From positions 70,426 through 134,425 of the forward strand of contig JARYMF010000006.1 of assembly GCA_029907255.1 (NCBI GenBank): a stretch of DNA of 64,000 nucleotides, given 5' to 3'. Shown piece by piece: positions 22,834-33,785 of the stretch. The number at the start of each line of letters is the position of its first letter. Position 1 is the stretch's first letter. The translations under genes and the position numbers were made by a program. Source of the DNA: Armatimonadota bacterium (lineage in GTDB: Bacteria; Armatimonadota; UBA5829; DTJY01). The notes under the pieces were generated by a model. The model saw only the letters and a list, made by a program, of their open reading frames with translations. It did not search any database and had not been told where the DNA came from.

Positions 22834-23118
22834 TTACTGACCGCTAGCTTTTCCTCTTTCAATCAGCTCTTTGACTTTCTGACCACCTCGATGGCCAATT
22901 TCTTCATAGAACTCATGTCCATATTTCTCGCTGGTGGTCTGTCCGCCCTTGGCGCCGATTTCCTCATAAAACGGCGAGCCGTACCGTTGACTGGTAGTCT
23001 TGCCGCCCTTTTTGCCGATCTCTTCATAGAACTTATGGCCGTACTTCTCGCTGGTGGTCTCACCACCGCGTCTTCCGGCTTCACTCACTGTCATCTGCCC
23101 CTTCTTTTCACGCGCCAT
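22834..23118 (-). CDS. KGG-repeat general stress protein (YciG/GsiB-like), copy 1, three repeats
   Basis: Three repeats of the form T(S/A)xKYGHEFYEEIGKKGG(Q/K)TTS. The RBS AGGAGGTG lies 7 nt before MAREKKGQ. The track ORF begins 3 codons earlier. Confidence 0.7.
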   Translation of the reverse strand: MAREKKGQMTVSEAGRRGGETTSEKYGHKFYEEIGKKGGKTTSQRYGSPFYEEIGAKGGQTTSEKYGHEFYEEIGHRGGQKVKELIERGKASGQ

Positions 23119-23418
23119 GAGAAGCACCTCCTTTCATTCGCTTACTATAATCTCGGACCAGCTTATCTGCTGGCACGACACCTTTTGAACTATATGGGGC
23201 TTATTATGTAAGAGCCCGGCCGAACTGCAAGTGCGGCAATCCACTTTATGCCACGTCAATTTGACGTGCCGGCCATGGCTCGCTTACCTTCTGTGATTTC
23301 ACAGTTTTGCCAATTTCATGCACTCCTACTTTCCTTATACCCATTTAATTAACAAATTACTAACAAGAAGCCAATTTACTAAAAGCCAATCGTGTTAAGA
23401 AGCCAATAAAGAGATGCT

Positions 23419-23658
23419 CTATTCGCCAAGAGCCTTTTTACCTTCCTCAATGAGCTTCTTAACTTTTTGGCCACCCTTACGCCCTATTTCTTCATAAAAT
23501 TCGTGGCCATAACGCTCAGCTGTGGTCTCGCCTCCTCTGCGGCCACCTTTCTTGCCGATCTCCTCATAAAACTCATGGCCGTGAGTTTGAGCAGTGCGTC
23601 TACCACCTCGGCGACCAGCCTCGCTAACCGTTATATCACCAACGTCTCTTTTTGCCAT
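23419..23658 (-). CDS. KGG-repeat general stress protein, copy 2
   Basis: 79 aa with two HGHEFYEEIG(K/R)KGG repeats and the RBS GAGGAGGTG. Confidence 0.7.
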   Translation of the reverse strand: MAKRDVGDITVSEAGRRGGRRTAQTHGHEFYEEIGKKGGRRGGETTAERYGHEFYEEIGRKGGQKVKKLIEEGKKALGE

Positions 23659-23784
23659 TTCGTTTCACCTCCTCAATTGGGAGTAAACGAATTAATTCGA
23701 CTGCAAGACTTCAAGGCTATATTAAGCTAGCGAAACTTATTCCAGCCATCCCCGGGCCGGAGCGGGGATGGCTGCTTAGCTAAG

Positions 23785-24015
23785 CTAGCTCTCTCCAATA
23801 GCCTTTTTGCCTTCTTCAATGAGCCTCTTCACCTTCTGGCCGCCTTTATGGCCGATCTCCTCATAGAAGGGCGTCCCATATTTTACGCTGGTTGTTTCTC
23901 CGCCCTTCCTGCCAATCTCCTCGTAGAACTTGTGGCCATGAGTCTCGGCTGTGCGTTTGCCGCCTCGGCGTCCGGCCTCGCTCACACTCATTCCGCCCTT
24001 GCCTTCCTCGGCCAT
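23785..24015 (-). CDS. KGG-repeat general stress protein, copy 3
   Basis: 76 aa with the same repeat and the RBS GGAGGAGGTG. A hairpin at 23741..23773 lies downstream. Confidence 0.7.
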   Translation of the reverse strand: MAEEGKGGMSVSEAGRRGGKRTAETHGHKFYEEIGRKGGETTSVKYGTPFYEEIGHKGGQKVKRLIEEGKKAIGES

Positions 24016-24109
24016 TTTTTCACCTCCTCCCGGAAATTCGAGAGGATATCCGTCCCGCCAGAATAGAGCCCTGGCGTGTTGCTTCTTTGCAAACTAATGA
24101 GAACCTCTA

Positions 24110-24280
24110 TTACTTCGAGGCGGCGGCCTTCTTACCTTCCTCAATCAGCCTCTTGACTTTCTGACCGCCTTTGTGGCCGATCTCCTCATAGAACTCATGG
24201 CCGTATCTGCTGCTCGTGGTCTGGCCACCTTTGCGTCCGGCCTCGCTTACCGTCATAGCGCCTTTCTTCTCCTTGGCCAT
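24110..24280 (-). CDS. KGG-repeat general stress protein, copy 4 (56 aa, below the ORF-track length cut-off)
   Basis: Hand-translated as MAKEKKGAMTVSEAGRKGGQTTSSRYGHEFYEEIGHKGGQKVKRLIEEGKKAAASK*, with the RBS GTAGGAGGTG. Confidence 0.6.
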   Translation of the reverse strand: MAKEKKGAMTVSEAGRKGGQTTSSRYGHEFYEEIGHKGGQKVKRLIEEGKKAAASK

Positions 24281-24744
24281 CTATCTCACCTCCTACTGTG
24301 CTCGCCGGGCAAATAGCCCGCTGCGAGTTTTTTCGATTTTTCGTTTGCCCTTGGTTTATTCTGCGGGCAAACGACATTAAAAATTGTTTTAAGATGTCAA
24401 AGCCCAAAGCTAATTGCCATAATCTTTATTACCTTTTTGACAAAATCTTTAATCTCCCAACGCCCTCCTAGTCGATATTTTTGTAAAATTTATGACATCT
24501 TGTTATCTGCCTTTCCGACTTCATTGAGTTTATTTGCCAAACATGCAAATAAACTGCGCGCATTTTATGGACTTATGTCGTCAGTCGATTTGCATCGACT
24601 TTAACCTTATTCCCTCCAGCCTTTTTATTTCGACTTCTCAATCTGGTTATAACCATTTGATAACCATGCCAAACATTGCGTACAAATAAAGGCTACGCAT
24701 AATGCTGAATCCATCGTTCCATCAAGAATCGCCTTCGCAGAATC

Positions 24745-25665
24745 TCATGGCTGACATTTCATATTGAAGCTCATCGGTACACGCGCAGGTTGGCTTTTAT
24801 CAAGCTTCCAAAGCACGTATTGAATAATTTCTGAGGCTATGTTGCATGAGGTAGTATCTGACAATCCAAACCACGACGGAGCACCATTAAGCTCCAATAT
24901 TAGAGGACCATTTGGACCTTCTATTATGTCCACACCGGTATAATCAAGGCCTACAATTCGCGCAGCTGCCAAGCACATTTCCCGCATATCGTCCGTTAAA
25001 TAACAGGGTTCGCATTTACCTCCCTGATACACATTTGTCTTCCACTGCCCTTCACTAGCGTATCGATACATTGCAGCGACAACCTTTTCACCAACCACAA
25101 AGGCACGTATATCTCTTCCATTGTTTGGTATGAACTCTTGAACGTAAACTGCACGATATTGCTGCAAAAAGGTCGGAAGTATTTCCATGCTGGTCTCAGG
25201 CACGACCTTTTCAACACCAATGCCATGTGAACCGTAAAGGGGCTTTATTACTGCGGTGCCAAATTTCTCTATCGCAGCCATCGCCTCATCAATTTTCTGA
25301 GTGATAATCGTGCGGGGCACAGGCAACCCTGCCTGTTTTAGGAAAAATGTCGTTTGAGCTTTGCTCTCAGCAACGGACAAACTCTCGAGGGAGTTTATGA
25401 TTAGCCTGCCACTGCGCGCAATAAGCTCAAATACGTCATATTGGTAATCTACTTCGCCTTGCTGACTAAAATACCGAAGAATAAAAGCGTCAAAGCTTTC
25501 GGCAGGCTCGCCATCGAAACGTATTGAGCCGCTGTTGTCGACCTCTATCAGCGAAGATAGGGGGTCTATTGGCAAGCCCTCGGCAACATTCATTGCCGCA
25601 TTGAGAAGCTCCCTACTTGCCCAATCACGCTCGAGATCTGGGGTTACGATGCCTATTCTCCGCAT
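24745..25665 (-). CDS. RimK-family ATP-grasp ligase
   Basis: 306 aa. The ATP-grasp fold is indicated by VIKPLYGSHGIGV and EFIPNNGRDIRAFVVG, and by a C-terminal GLDYTGVDIIEGPNGPLILELNGAP. Confidence 0.7.
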   Translation of the reverse strand: MRRIGIVTPDLERDWASRELLNAAMNVAEGLPIDPLSSLIEVDNSGSIRFDGEPAESFDAFILRYFSQQGEVDYQYDVFELIARSGRLIINSLESLSVAESKAQTTFFLKQAGLPVPRTIITQKIDEAMAAIEKFGTAVIKPLYGSHGIGVEKVVPETSMEILPTFLQQYRAVYVQEFIPNNGRDIRAFVVGEKVVAAMYRYASEGQWKTNVYQGGKCEPCYLTDDMREMCLAAARIVGLDYTGVDIIEGPNGPLILELNGAPSWFGLSDTTSCNIASEIIQYVLWKLDKSQPARVPMSFNMKCQP

Positions 25666-25851
25666 GAAGCGCCTTTTCTTAATTTACTTGTAAATTAAGC
25701 TCAAACTTTCAATAGCCCAGCGACGACGGTCTTTGGGGCTTTTTGGTGGGATATGTTAGTTCATTCTAGCTATACCCCAAGGCTAGTGAGGGTAAACTAT
25801 GCGGAGAATTCCCTATCAAATCGGTACATTCAAAAATCAACCAGTTGCATG

Positions 25852-26439
25852 TCAATAGAGATGGAAGACTTCTTGAATGCCCTGGCGGATGAACTGAACT
25901 GCAATCGCAGCAAGGAGCATTCCCATTATCTTGGCGATAACATCTGAGCCTGTCTTGCCGAGAATTCGGTAAAGAAAGCTTACATATCTGAATATTAGGA
26001 AAGTAACAGCAAATGAGGATATAACAGCTGCGACTGTTATCCAAAGGCCATAGAGTCCTATCAATACAATTGTTGTGGTTATCGCGCCAGGACCTACTAA
26101 TAATGGCACTGCTAATGGGACTACGCCGGTCTGGCCTGCCGAGGAAACGCCATAATGCGCCTCGCTGATTGTTTTCATTGCGACAACGAGAAGTAATATG
26201 CCGCCTGCTATCTTGAAATCACTTAGGGTGATTCCAAACAACCTTAGAATACCAGTCCCAGTAAAAGCAAAAAGAAGCAAAAGGAGGAGTGCGACCTTTG
26301 TAGCTCGTGCAAGGATAGCACGCCGTTCATCTGGAGTAGCATCTTGCGTAAGCGCAAGAAACAGCGGTATTAGCCCCAGTGGGTCTATTATAATGAACAA
26401 CGCTATCGTTGCCTTTGCAAAAGGTATCAGAAAGCTCAT
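25852..26439 (-). CDS. MarC/UPF0056 family integral membrane protein
   Basis: 195 aa with six TM segments. The N-terminal FIIIDPLGLIPLFLALT motif is the MarC signature. Confidence 0.7.
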   Translation of the reverse strand: MSFLIPFAKATIALFIIIDPLGLIPLFLALTQDATPDERRAILARATKVALLLLLLFAFTGTGILRLFGITLSDFKIAGGILLLVVAMKTISEAHYGVSSAGQTGVVPLAVPLLVGPGAITTTIVLIGLYGLWITVAAVISSFAVTFLIFRYVSFLYRILGKTGSDVIAKIMGMLLAAIAVQFIRQGIQEVFHLY

Positions 26440-26642
26440 GCTTCAATCCATTACACTTTACTCATGATGCCTAATTCTACCTCCAACACTATATATATCG
26501 CAATAGGACTAACATCCTTTGATTTTGAATAAGATGAAAGTCCACCCAAATCCTTAAAATTTCTGGGGGAAGATGGTAAGGACTCAATCTGGCCAATTGC
26601 AATTCTTTTCAATTCGACCCTTTGCCTGGTTACATCCTAGGC

Positions 26643-28676
26643 CTAAAACTCTGCCTTATCTGCCTTGCGCCCGATAAGTTCTCGAACTTTGGACTGATAG
26701 TTTTGAACTACAGAGACAAAAGCCGCATGACTCCACGTAAGCGGCATTACTGCAAGTGGCTGGCCTGTGAAAGGATGGATCTGCTCAGCAAGTAAGCCGG
26801 CCTCCGATGCGTGCCTCACTACCCATTGAAGCAAGTCAAGCGCAGGTTCAAGATCCCTCAGACTTCGTGCGACCGAAATGTACCATTCCGCCATCCAAAG
26901 CGTCGAGATGAACCAAGGATTGCCAGGAACATTCTTCACATCTGAGCTTACCTGGAAGTAATAGTCGTCCTCGTACCGTGCAAGCCCACCAATAGGCGTG
27001 CGAACCCACAGCCTGTCATAGATAGCTTCCATTGTGCTGACAACTTGAGGCGAGTCAGGCGGAAGGACACCGAAGAGGAAAATACCCGCCATGGAAACAT
27101 CAAGTGTGGGGTCTGCAACTTTAGGTTGTGAGACTTGGCCAGAAACTTCAGCCTTCCCTGAGCCAGCTCCTGTCCTATTGCTCCCAAAGAATATGCTTCT
27201 AACAAATCTACCTAAGTTCGTGTTATAGAAATTATCAACAATAGCATTCCTTACCAATTCGCTTGCTTGGTGGTATTTATGAGCTCGATTTTTATCTATA
27301 AAATCAGCTAGTTTGGCTGCCGCTGAAAGAGCACCATAGACCGAACTACACGTCCAAAGGTGAATTCCCTTTCGCTGCTCCCATAGGTCGTAGCTTGGCT
27401 GAGGCAGTTTAGTAGAAGAATCAAGATTTTCAATCATATAGTCGGCAACTGGAACTACCAATTCTTCGTATACTGTAAGAGCATAATCTTTATCTTTGTA
27501 ACGTTCACAGTGCTCTCCAACGGCCCAAATCACTAATGCAGTGCTGTCCTGCTGGCATGGAATTTCCGGTTCCCCATCGGCAACCCACGGGTGCCAAGTT
27601 GCCCCTAGCGTACCATCGGGACAGTATTTTTGGAGAAAGAAAGGCATATCTGGCCTCAGTAAGGCAGTACAGAACGAGAAAAAACGCCTTGCCGATTCTG
27701 GATGGCCAGCCTTGTCAAGTGCATTCGCCACCAATGCGCCGTCGCGGGGCCAAACGTAGCTATAGTGTGCCCTCGCGGTTTGCATTATGTCAGTGTCGTT
27801 TGCCGCCACTATGCCGCCGCATCGGTCAATCTGGGTCTGAAGGACAAGAAGACTCCTCTCATAGAGGTCAACAACTGCGGGTGGTAAATGAGCATCGAGG
27901 GAGGTGCCTTTTCTAAGGCAGTTGCTCCAATAATCGCTGAATTCATCCATCAGCGAATCCACCGGATTGCCAGCTACGATTGAGTTTAGCTCTTCAACCT
28001 CATCCAGCGAGTGACCAACAGCTAGCCAGTAGTCTACAACACAAGAACCATCGCCTGGCACACTCAACTTGAAGCTTATGGTAGAGTCTACAGAACCTTG
28101 TTCAATAGGATGCATGCTCAGGGATCCATCTTCCGCATCCCGCCATGTTCCCTCCGCTCCCCCAAACTCCTTGATCCCGGTCGCGTACTCAAATATTCCT
28201 GAGTCTCCTACGCGGCCATTGACCAAGATGTAGCAATCACGTTTGTAATGGACAATCGCCCCCGTGAAAGGGTGGAAGAAGACGGTGTCTCCTACATCGG
28301 TCTCATAAATGCGGAAATCATGGCTGAAAAACAGCCTAATTTCTCGCTCCTCGGGATGGAGATTCTCGACCGAAACCCGGCGCAGGAGCAAGTTTAGCTC
28401 CGGATGAACTGCATCGTTAAACCTGAGACCTATTCCTAATCGTCCGTTCGAAGCATGGACATCCGTAATTAGCGTCTTTGGCTTATATCCAATTCGAATT
28501 GACCAAGTATCCTCTAGCCATGAAAACTGGCCGCCAACCCATACTCCAATGCGGTTCTTATACCCACCGACATGGTTGTACAGGCCAACGTGAGGATAGT
28601 AGAGATCGCGAATATTCAGGTTCCGATCCAAGTTCACCAGAAGCGTGCCGTTCCCCAGCACCAGATCCCTGGGCAT
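26643..28676 (-). CDS. glycoside hydrolase family 15-related enzyme (glucoamylase/glucodextranase/trehalase-like)
   Basis: 677 aa. The N-terminal beta-sandwich (LGNGTLLVNLD...LYYPHVGL) followed by an (alpha/alpha)6 catalytic domain is the bacterial/archaeal GH15 pattern. Confidence 0.7.
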   Translation of the reverse strand: MPRDLVLGNGTLLVNLDRNLNIRDLYYPHVGLYNHVGGYKNRIGVWVGGQFSWLEDTWSIRIGYKPKTLITDVHASNGRLGIGLRFNDAVHPELNLLLRRVSVENLHPEEREIRLFFSHDFRIYETDVGDTVFFHPFTGAIVHYKRDCYILVNGRVGDSGIFEYATGIKEFGGAEGTWRDAEDGSLSMHPIEQGSVDSTISFKLSVPGDGSCVVDYWLAVGHSLDEVEELNSIVAGNPVDSLMDEFSDYWSNCLRKGTSLDAHLPPAVVDLYERSLLVLQTQIDRCGGIVAANDTDIMQTARAHYSYVWPRDGALVANALDKAGHPESARRFFSFCTALLRPDMPFFLQKYCPDGTLGATWHPWVADGEPEIPCQQDSTALVIWAVGEHCERYKDKDYALTVYEELVVPVADYMIENLDSSTKLPQPSYDLWEQRKGIHLWTCSSVYGALSAAAKLADFIDKNRAHKYHQASELVRNAIVDNFYNTNLGRFVRSIFFGSNRTGAGSGKAEVSGQVSQPKVADPTLDVSMAGIFLFGVLPPDSPQVVSTMEAIYDRLWVRTPIGGLARYEDDYYFQVSSDVKNVPGNPWFISTLWMAEWYISVARSLRDLEPALDLLQWVVRHASEAGLLAEQIHPFTGQPLAVMPLTWSHAAFVSVVQNYQSKVRELIGRKADKAEF

Positions 28677-28807
28677 GCGTTAAATCTCCTCCATACTTTA
28701 TATTGGACTTCGCTTGCCTTTCACTTATCCGCAAAATTGCGAGGACTGCGTGACATTACCTACTAAGGTAACTATTTGTGCCTTTTAGCTTTCCGAACAA
28801 TGGGCAT

Positions 28808-29557
28808 CTAAGCTCCGAAGGCTACGCAGAGGAAATAAACCCGGCAAGCCCCTGCTTTGAGAAGAGTAATGCTGCACTCATCAACCGTGCTACATGTAGT
28901 TGCAACATCATCCACTAGAAGAATCGTCTTGCCTTCAATTGCACCTCTCTTTTTGACCGCAAACGCATTGCGAACGTTTATACGCCGTTCTTCAGGCCCA
29001 AGTTCAACTTGTGGACGGGTATGGATTATCCTCACAAGGGCATCGCTTACCAACGGCTTTCCTGTTAGGCGGGAGAGATGTTCGGCAAGCAATTCACTTT
29101 GATTATATCCCCTAAGTCTCCGACGGATTGGATGTATCGGCACAGGCACAATACAATCAGCCTGACGCCAGCGGAAATCCGCCTGGGTTTCGAGGTAACC
29201 GTGCATGTAACGGCTGAGAGGCTCGGCAAGCATTCGCATGCCGTTATACTTGAACCTACATATTGCTTCTCTTAGGTTGCCGGCATATTGACCAGCTGCC
29301 CTACCTGCGGCAAAAGAACGTTTTAAACCTGAACAATTTCTGCATCTTGAACCAACTAGAGTATGTCCGCATCGCCTACAATAAGGCTTTGGAATGGGCT
29401 CGAATTTGGAAAAGCAATTTTGGCATATGCTGAGAGGATTTAGCTCGCCACATACGACGCATTTCGGCGGATAAATAAGGTCAAGAAACCCAGAAAAGAT
29501 TTCTTTTGCGGATTTAAGAATGTTATTTGCTTTGAAGAACCAGTAAATTTGCTGCAA
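28808..29557 (-). CDS. ComF-family protein (zinc ribbon + phosphoribosyltransferase domain)
   Basis: N-terminal CVVCG...CQNCF...CRRCGH...CRNC and a C-terminal PRTase motif ILLVDDVATTCSTV. Confidence 0.7.
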   Translation of the reverse strand: MQQIYWFFKANNILKSAKEIFSGFLDLIYPPKCVVCGELNPLSICQNCFSKFEPIPKPYCRRCGHTLVGSRCRNCSGLKRSFAAGRAAGQYAGNLREAICRFKYNGMRMLAEPLSRYMHGYLETQADFRWRQADCIVPVPIHPIRRRLRGYNQSELLAEHLSRLTGKPLVSDALVRIIHTRPQVELGPEERRINVRNAFAVKKRGAIEGKTILLVDDVATTCSTVDECSITLLKAGACRVYFLCVAFGA

Positions 29558-29579
29558 AGGCTTATCTAATTTATTTTTG

Positions 29580-30509
29580 CTATAGCGGTTCGAAAAATGC
29601 TATTTGCCTGAATTCACAGTATCTGGCAACAATTTCTTCGGGTGATAAGGTAGCAAGCCTTCCCAAGCTGAAATCTTCAACACAAAAAGAAGCTAGCGTG
29701 CTCCCATAAATTGTCGCTTTGCGGAGATTTGTCTCACTAGTGTTGCCAGTTGCCGCGATATAGCCAATAAATCCACCAGCGAAAGCATCACCTGCACCGG
29801 TTGGGTCTGCAACCTCCTCTAGCGGATAGGAAGGTGCGGAGAAATGTGCCTCATCAGTAACCATAATTGCGCCATGTTCGCCCTTTTTTATCACAACTAC
29901 CGAAGGACCCAGCGCGCGAATGTCTCGCGAAGCCTTGACCAGGCTTGGCGTATTACACAATTGACGTGCTTCCTCATCATTCAGTAAGACAATGTCAACT
30001 TTCTTTAGAACCTCAATAAGAGCATCGCGTTTACCTTCAATCCAAAAGTTCATAGTGTCGCACATAACGAGAACAGGGCTCTTTACCTGGGCAAGCACTT
30101 CTAGTTGGAGTTCGGGGTCAATATTCGCTAGGAAAACGTATTTCGCATCCCGATATGCCTCTGGGATATGTGGGCGGAAACGTTCGAAAACGTTAAGCTC
30201 TGTGCTGAGTGTCCGACGTTTGTTAATATCATACTCATACTCGCCAGCCCACCTAAAAGTTTTTCCTTTGACCCTCTGCAAACCGGTAAGGTCAATATTC
30301 CTTGACGAAAGGAACCTCAGGTGTTTTTCGGGAAAGTCGGTGCCGACAATACCCACAAGCTGAACTGGTGCAAAGAAGCTTGCAGCCACCGATGAGTATA
30401 CAGCGGCGCCGCCGAGTGCATCACGAACCTCGCCAAACGGCGTTTTTACGGTGTCAAGTGCAACGCTTCCCACTATAAGAACTGGCTTTGCCTGTGTAGG
30501 TTGAGTCAT
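29580..30509 (-). CDS. PfkB-family carbohydrate/nucleoside kinase
   Basis: 309 aa with the N-terminal GG motif and the C-terminal DPTGAGDAFAGGF anion hole. Confidence 0.75.
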   Translation of the reverse strand: MTQPTQAKPVLIVGSVALDTVKTPFGEVRDALGGAAVYSSVAASFFAPVQLVGIVGTDFPEKHLRFLSSRNIDLTGLQRVKGKTFRWAGEYEYDINKRRTLSTELNVFERFRPHIPEAYRDAKYVFLANIDPELQLEVLAQVKSPVLVMCDTMNFWIEGKRDALIEVLKKVDIVLLNDEEARQLCNTPSLVKASRDIRALGPSVVVIKKGEHGAIMVTDEAHFSAPSYPLEEVADPTGAGDAFAGGFIGYIAATGNTSETNLRKATIYGSTLASFCVEDFSLGRLATLSPEEIVARYCEFRQIAFFEPL

Positions 30510-30510
30510 A

Positions 30511-31257
30511 TTACTCGCTCTCCTGAACTTTTGGCGAAAAGAGCACCATTGTAACGAAGCGCGGAAGGGTTAGAACCTTGCCAATTTTTCTAGGATTATT
30601 TGCAAGGCGGAATGCCCACTCCAATCCGTGCTCCTGCATCCATTTTGGCGCACGCCTTACTCGCCCTGAAATGACATCAAAGCTACCCCCCACACCCATT
30701 GAAAGTGGCACTCCAAGTTGGTGCATATGGCGGGCAATCCACTTCTCCTGACGAGGGATTCCAAGGGCTACGAATAGGATATCTGGCTGACATGATTTAA
30801 TATATTCAGCAATTTTTGGCGATTCTTCCTCGCGAAAGAAACCGTGATGAGTGCCCGCGACGACTAATCCCGGGCATTCTCGTTTGAGATTTTCAGCGGC
30901 GGCTTCCGACACACCCGGAGCAGCCCCAAGTAGGAAAATGGAGTAGCCCTTCTCAGCCGCCCGTTTGCAAAGCAGGTTCACAATGTCAATGCCAGAAACG
31001 CGTTCCCGAAGCGGTGTACCTTGTCGCCGCGCAGCCCAAAGTATTCCATAGCTGTCAGGCGTAACGAGATCTGCGGAATTAATTATTGCCCGAAGCTCAG
31101 GGTCATACCTGGACATTACTATGCCCGATGAGTCGGCGGTTACAACCATGTGGGGCTTTCGGCTTGAGATAAACCCTTCCATGATAGCTAGGGCTTCATC
31201 CGTATTTACGTCGTCTATCCCCACACCCAGAATGGTTACACGCCTAATTCCGGTCAT
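30511..31257 (-). CDS. WecB/TagA/CpsF-family glycosyltransferase (N-acetylmannosaminyltransferase-like)
   Basis: 248 aa. ILGVGIDDVNTDEA...FLLGAAPGV...ALGIPRQEKW matches the family. Confidence 0.8.
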   Translation of the reverse strand: MTGIRRVTILGVGIDDVNTDEALAIMEGFISSRKPHMVVTADSSGIVMSRYDPELRAIINSADLVTPDSYGILWAARRQGTPLRERVSGIDIVNLLCKRAAEKGYSIFLLGAAPGVSEAAAENLKRECPGLVVAGTHHGFFREEESPKIAEYIKSCQPDILFVALGIPRQEKWIARHMHQLGVPLSMGVGGSFDVISGRVRRAPKWMQEHGLEWAFRLANNPRKIGKVLTLPRFVTMVLFSPKVQESE

Positions 31258-31319
31258 GATAAGCTGACCTTCCCTTCAAACCAACCAAAGCGAGGCTCGA
31301 CAACATGAATTGACGAGCG

Positions 31320-32618
<1,299 letters not shown>

Positions 32619-32715
32619 TTACACTTCTCTTTAAAAGCTCTTTTATGCTAAGTTTCCAATTATACCCCCTAGCGTCTTTAAGTATCCGAAGAATGCATGA
32701 AATGATTGCATAGAC

Positions 32716-33750
32716 TCAGTGTCTGTTCGGATCAACAATCACCCCATCGAACACAGCGGCATTCGATTTTACTTGGCAGCCCTTGCCAACAACACAGCGC
32801 TCGAGTATCGTATTCTGCATTACTCGAGCCCCCTCCCACAAAATGCTTTCCTTCACGGCAGCTTCCTGTTCCACAACACAATTATCACCAAGCACCGAGT
32901 TTTCTAACACCCTTGCGTTTCGCTCAATTACGCAATTATTGCCGATAACAACCGGATAGCCAATCTCTGCGGTTGGGTCTATTTGCGTATTTGTGCCCAT
33001 CCATACGTACTTCCGAACCTCCGGCAGGGGGAATTGTATTTTTACTCGGCCACGCAGGGCGTCATTATGGGTTTCCTGGTACTGTTTCAGATTACCAACA
33101 TCACGCCAGTATCCAGAGGTAATGCATCCATAGAATCGCCGCTTTTGCTCAAGAAGTAGCGGAAACACATTGTTACCAAAGCCAAAAAACGTGTCCTTGG
33201 GGATAAGTTCGAATATCTCGGGCTCAAAGACGTATATGCCAGTATTCGCCAAATTGCTGAAGATTACCTCGCCCTTGGGTTTCTCAATAAACCTTGTGAT
33301 TCTACCTCGTTCATCACACAGAGCTATACCGTACTCGGATGGGTCGTCTACAATCGATAGAGCAATAGTGCAAATCGCTTTTTTCTCTTTGTGCAAGTTT
33401 ACTAAGCGGCTAAGGTCTATATCAGCAAGGTCATCGCCACCTATAACGACGAAGGTGCTGTCGAAAAAGTTTTCACAGCGTTTTACACTCCCGGCATCGC
33501 CCCAAAGGCGGTCTTCATGGGAGTAATGGATTTTCACTCCCCATCTTGAGCCGTCACCAAAGTAACTTTCTATTTGATCACCTAGGTAATGCAGATTCAC
33601 CATTATGTTCCTAAACCCATGCCTAGCAAGCAACTCGACAATATGCTCCATGACGGGCTTGTTCATAATTGGCACCATGGGTTTTGGCACATTGCGCGTC
33701 AGGGGGTCCAACCTTGAACCTACTCCTGCTGCTAGAATCATCGCCTTCAT
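32716..33750 (-). CDS. sugar-1-phosphate nucleotidyltransferase (GDP-mannose pyrophosphorylase-like) with C-terminal hexapeptide beta-helix
   Basis: MKAMILAAGVGSRLDPLTRNVPKPMVP N-terminus and C-terminal left-handed beta-helix repeats. The start is taken at MKAM; the track ORF begins 13 codons upstream. Confidence 0.75.
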   Translation of the reverse strand: MKAMILAAGVGSRLDPLTRNVPKPMVPIMNKPVMEHIVELLARHGFRNIMVNLHYLGDQIESYFGDGSRWGVKIHYSHEDRLWGDAGSVKRCENFFDSTFVVIGGDDLADIDLSRLVNLHKEKKAICTIALSIVDDPSEYGIALCDERGRITRFIEKPKGEVIFSNLANTGIYVFEPEIFELIPKDTFFGFGNNVFPLLLEQKRRFYGCITSGYWRDVGNLKQYQETHNDALRGRVKIQFPLPEVRKYVWMGTNTQIDPTAEIGYPVVIGNNCVIERNARVLENSVLGDNCVVEQEAAVKESILWEGARVMQNTILERCVVGKGCQVKSNAAVFDGVIVDPNRH

Positions 33751-33785
33751 TCTCGAGCTTATCCTCCCCCAAAGAACTCTGTCAA

